A stretch of 32,616 nucleotides of DNA, taken from assembly GCA_036397375.1 (NCBI GenBank), contig DASWJA010000100.1:1-32616 (forward strand), in the 5' to 3' direction. Below, in pieces: positions 31,418-32,616 of this stretch. Below the pieces are notes generated by a model. It was not told the DNA's origin, did not search any database, and saw only the letters and a list, made by a program, of their open reading frames with translations. Position numbers and translations under genes: made by a program. Position 1 is the first letter of the stretch; every line of letters begins with the position of its first letter. Source of the stretch: Candidatus Limnocylindria bacterium (GTDB taxonomy: Bacteria; Chloroflexota; Limnocylindria; QHBO01).

Positions 31418-32616
31418 CAGGTGGAGTTGCCGCGCGTGGCGCTCGCCACCTGATCGAGGGCGATCTGACGCTGGCTGCCGTCGGCGAGGTCGCGGAGTAC
31501 GACCGCACCCTGGGTCAGCTCCTCGCCCACGATCACCGCCCAACGCGCGCCGACCTTGGCGGCCGTCTCCAGCTGGCGGCCGAGCTTTCGGTCCGACCCG
31601 TCAGGGCGCACGCGAAGACCCGCTTCGCGCAGGGCGCCCGCCACCAGGAGCCGTTCGGCGACGTCGTCCGGCTGCGTGCCGACCACGGCCACCAGGGCGG
31701 GCGTGGGCTCGCCGGGAATGCCCCGCTGGGCCATGGCGAGTACGATCCGATCCAATCCCAGGCCGAAGCCGATGCCCGCCGTGGGCGGGCCTCCCAGCAG
31801 CTCCAGCAGGCCGTCGTAGCGGCCGCCGCCCGCCAGCGCATCCTGGCTCCCGGTCCGGCCAGACGGGAACAGCTCGAACGTGGTCCGCGTGTAGTAGTCG
31901 AGACCGCGGACCAGCCGATGGTCGAGCTGGTAGACGATTCCCAACCGATCCAGCAGGCCGGTGACGCCGGCGAAGTGGGTGCGACAGGCGTCGCACAAGT
32001 GGTCGACGGCCTTGGGGGCGCCGGCGGCCAGGCCGCGATCGAGGGTCTTGTCATCCAGCACCCGCAGCGGATTGGTGTCCAGGCGGCGGCGGCCGTCGTC
32101 GCCCAGAGTGTCGCGATGCGGGCTGAAGTACTCGACCAGCGCGGCCCGATACCCGGGCCGGCAGGCGGCGTCGCCAATCGAGTTCAGGTGGATCGCGACG
32201 TCGTCCAGCCCGACCTGGGTGCAGTAGCGTGCCGCCAGCTCGATCAGCTCCGCGTCCACGGCCGGGCCGGGGTCGCCGATGATCTCCACGTCCCATTGCG
32301 TGAACTGGCGGTAGCGGCCGGCCTGTGGGCGGTCGTAGCGAAACATGGGCCCCAGCATCCAGACCCGCAGCGGCCCGGGCCGGACCTGCATCCCGTGCTC
32401 GAGGTAGGCGCGAACGATGCCGGCCGTCGGCTCGGGCCGGAGTGCCCAAGCCGGCTCCTCTTCGTCGCTGCCAGCCGCGCCGCCCACCCGGAACATCTCC
32501 TTGGCCACCGCGTCGCTGCTCTCACCAAGGCCGCGAACGTAGAGTTCAATGGATTCGAAAAGGGGCGTGTCGATCCGCTCAAACCCGTACCGCGACGCCA
32601 GGTCGGCGGCGACCGC
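31417..32616 (-). CDS. hisS: histidine--tRNA ligase; N-terminus lies beyond the right window edge
   Basis: The frame is open to position 32616 (AVAADLASRYGFERIDTPLFESIELY...). HisRS motifs MFRYDRPQAGRYRQF and GGGRYDGL are present, with a C-terminal anticodon-binding domain. The track start at 32508 is an internal GTG. Confidence 0.93.
   Translation of the reverse strand, partial: AVAADLASRYGFERIDTPLFESIELYVRGLGESSDAVAKEMFRVGGAAGSDEEEPAWALRPEPTAGIVRAYLEHGMQVRPGPLRVWMLGPMFRYDRPQAGRYRQFTQWDVEIIGDPGPAVDAELIELAARYCTQVGLDDVAIHLNSIGDAACRPGYRAALVEYFSPHRDTLGDDGRRRLDTNPLRVLDDKTLDRGLAAGAPKAVDHLCDACRTHFAGVTGLLDRLGIVYQLDHRLVRGLDYYTRTTFELFPSGRTGSQDALAGGGRYDGLLELLGGPPTAGIGFGLGLDRIVLAMAQRGIPGEPTPALVAVVGTQPDDVAERLLVAGALREAGLRVRPDGSDRKLGRQLETAAKVGARWAVIVGEELTQGAVVLRDLADGSQRQIALDQVASATRGNST

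Overview
This is a very GC-rich, almost gap-free bacterial chromosomal segment. I saw no mobile elements, CRISPR arrays, rRNA, phage genes or recognisable defence genes. I support 34 protein-coding genes and one tRNA-Pro(GGG). Thirty-one CDS lie on the minus strand. From iscS (29171) down to a cupredoxin gene (5915), 26 genes follow head-to-tail with gaps of 85 nt or less and repeated 1-4 nt stop/start overlaps. The content is mostly core housekeeping, arranged in synteny blocks familiar from Gram-positive/Terrabacteria genomes: hisS-aspS, iscS-mnmA, alaS-ruvX-mltG, M24 peptidase-efp, xseA-xseB-dxs-tlyA-nadK, xerD, punA, scpA-scpB-rluB-cmk-plsC-ispH, der and gpsA. Many long ORFs in the supplied track are GC-driven shadow ORFs or have over-extended N-termini. 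I trimmed starts using homology-expected N-termini and stop/start coupling. I did not find convincing evidence for a wholly new multi-gene system. The leads most worth follow-up are single-gene oddities embedded in the core array: (1) an in-frame RluB-Cmk fusion; (2) a solitary EctC-type cupin with intact metal-ligand positions, wedged between iscS and aspS; (3) a ribbon-helix-helix gene translationally coupled to nadK; (4) an EF-P with Arg at the loop tip in an unusual KMARGS loop; (5) an uncharacterised discoidin-domain lipoprotein splitting der from gpsA; (6) a recurring TANNNT hexamer 6-8 nt upstream of start codons, which suggests leaderless transcripts. All homology calls come from motif recognition by eye, not from database searches.
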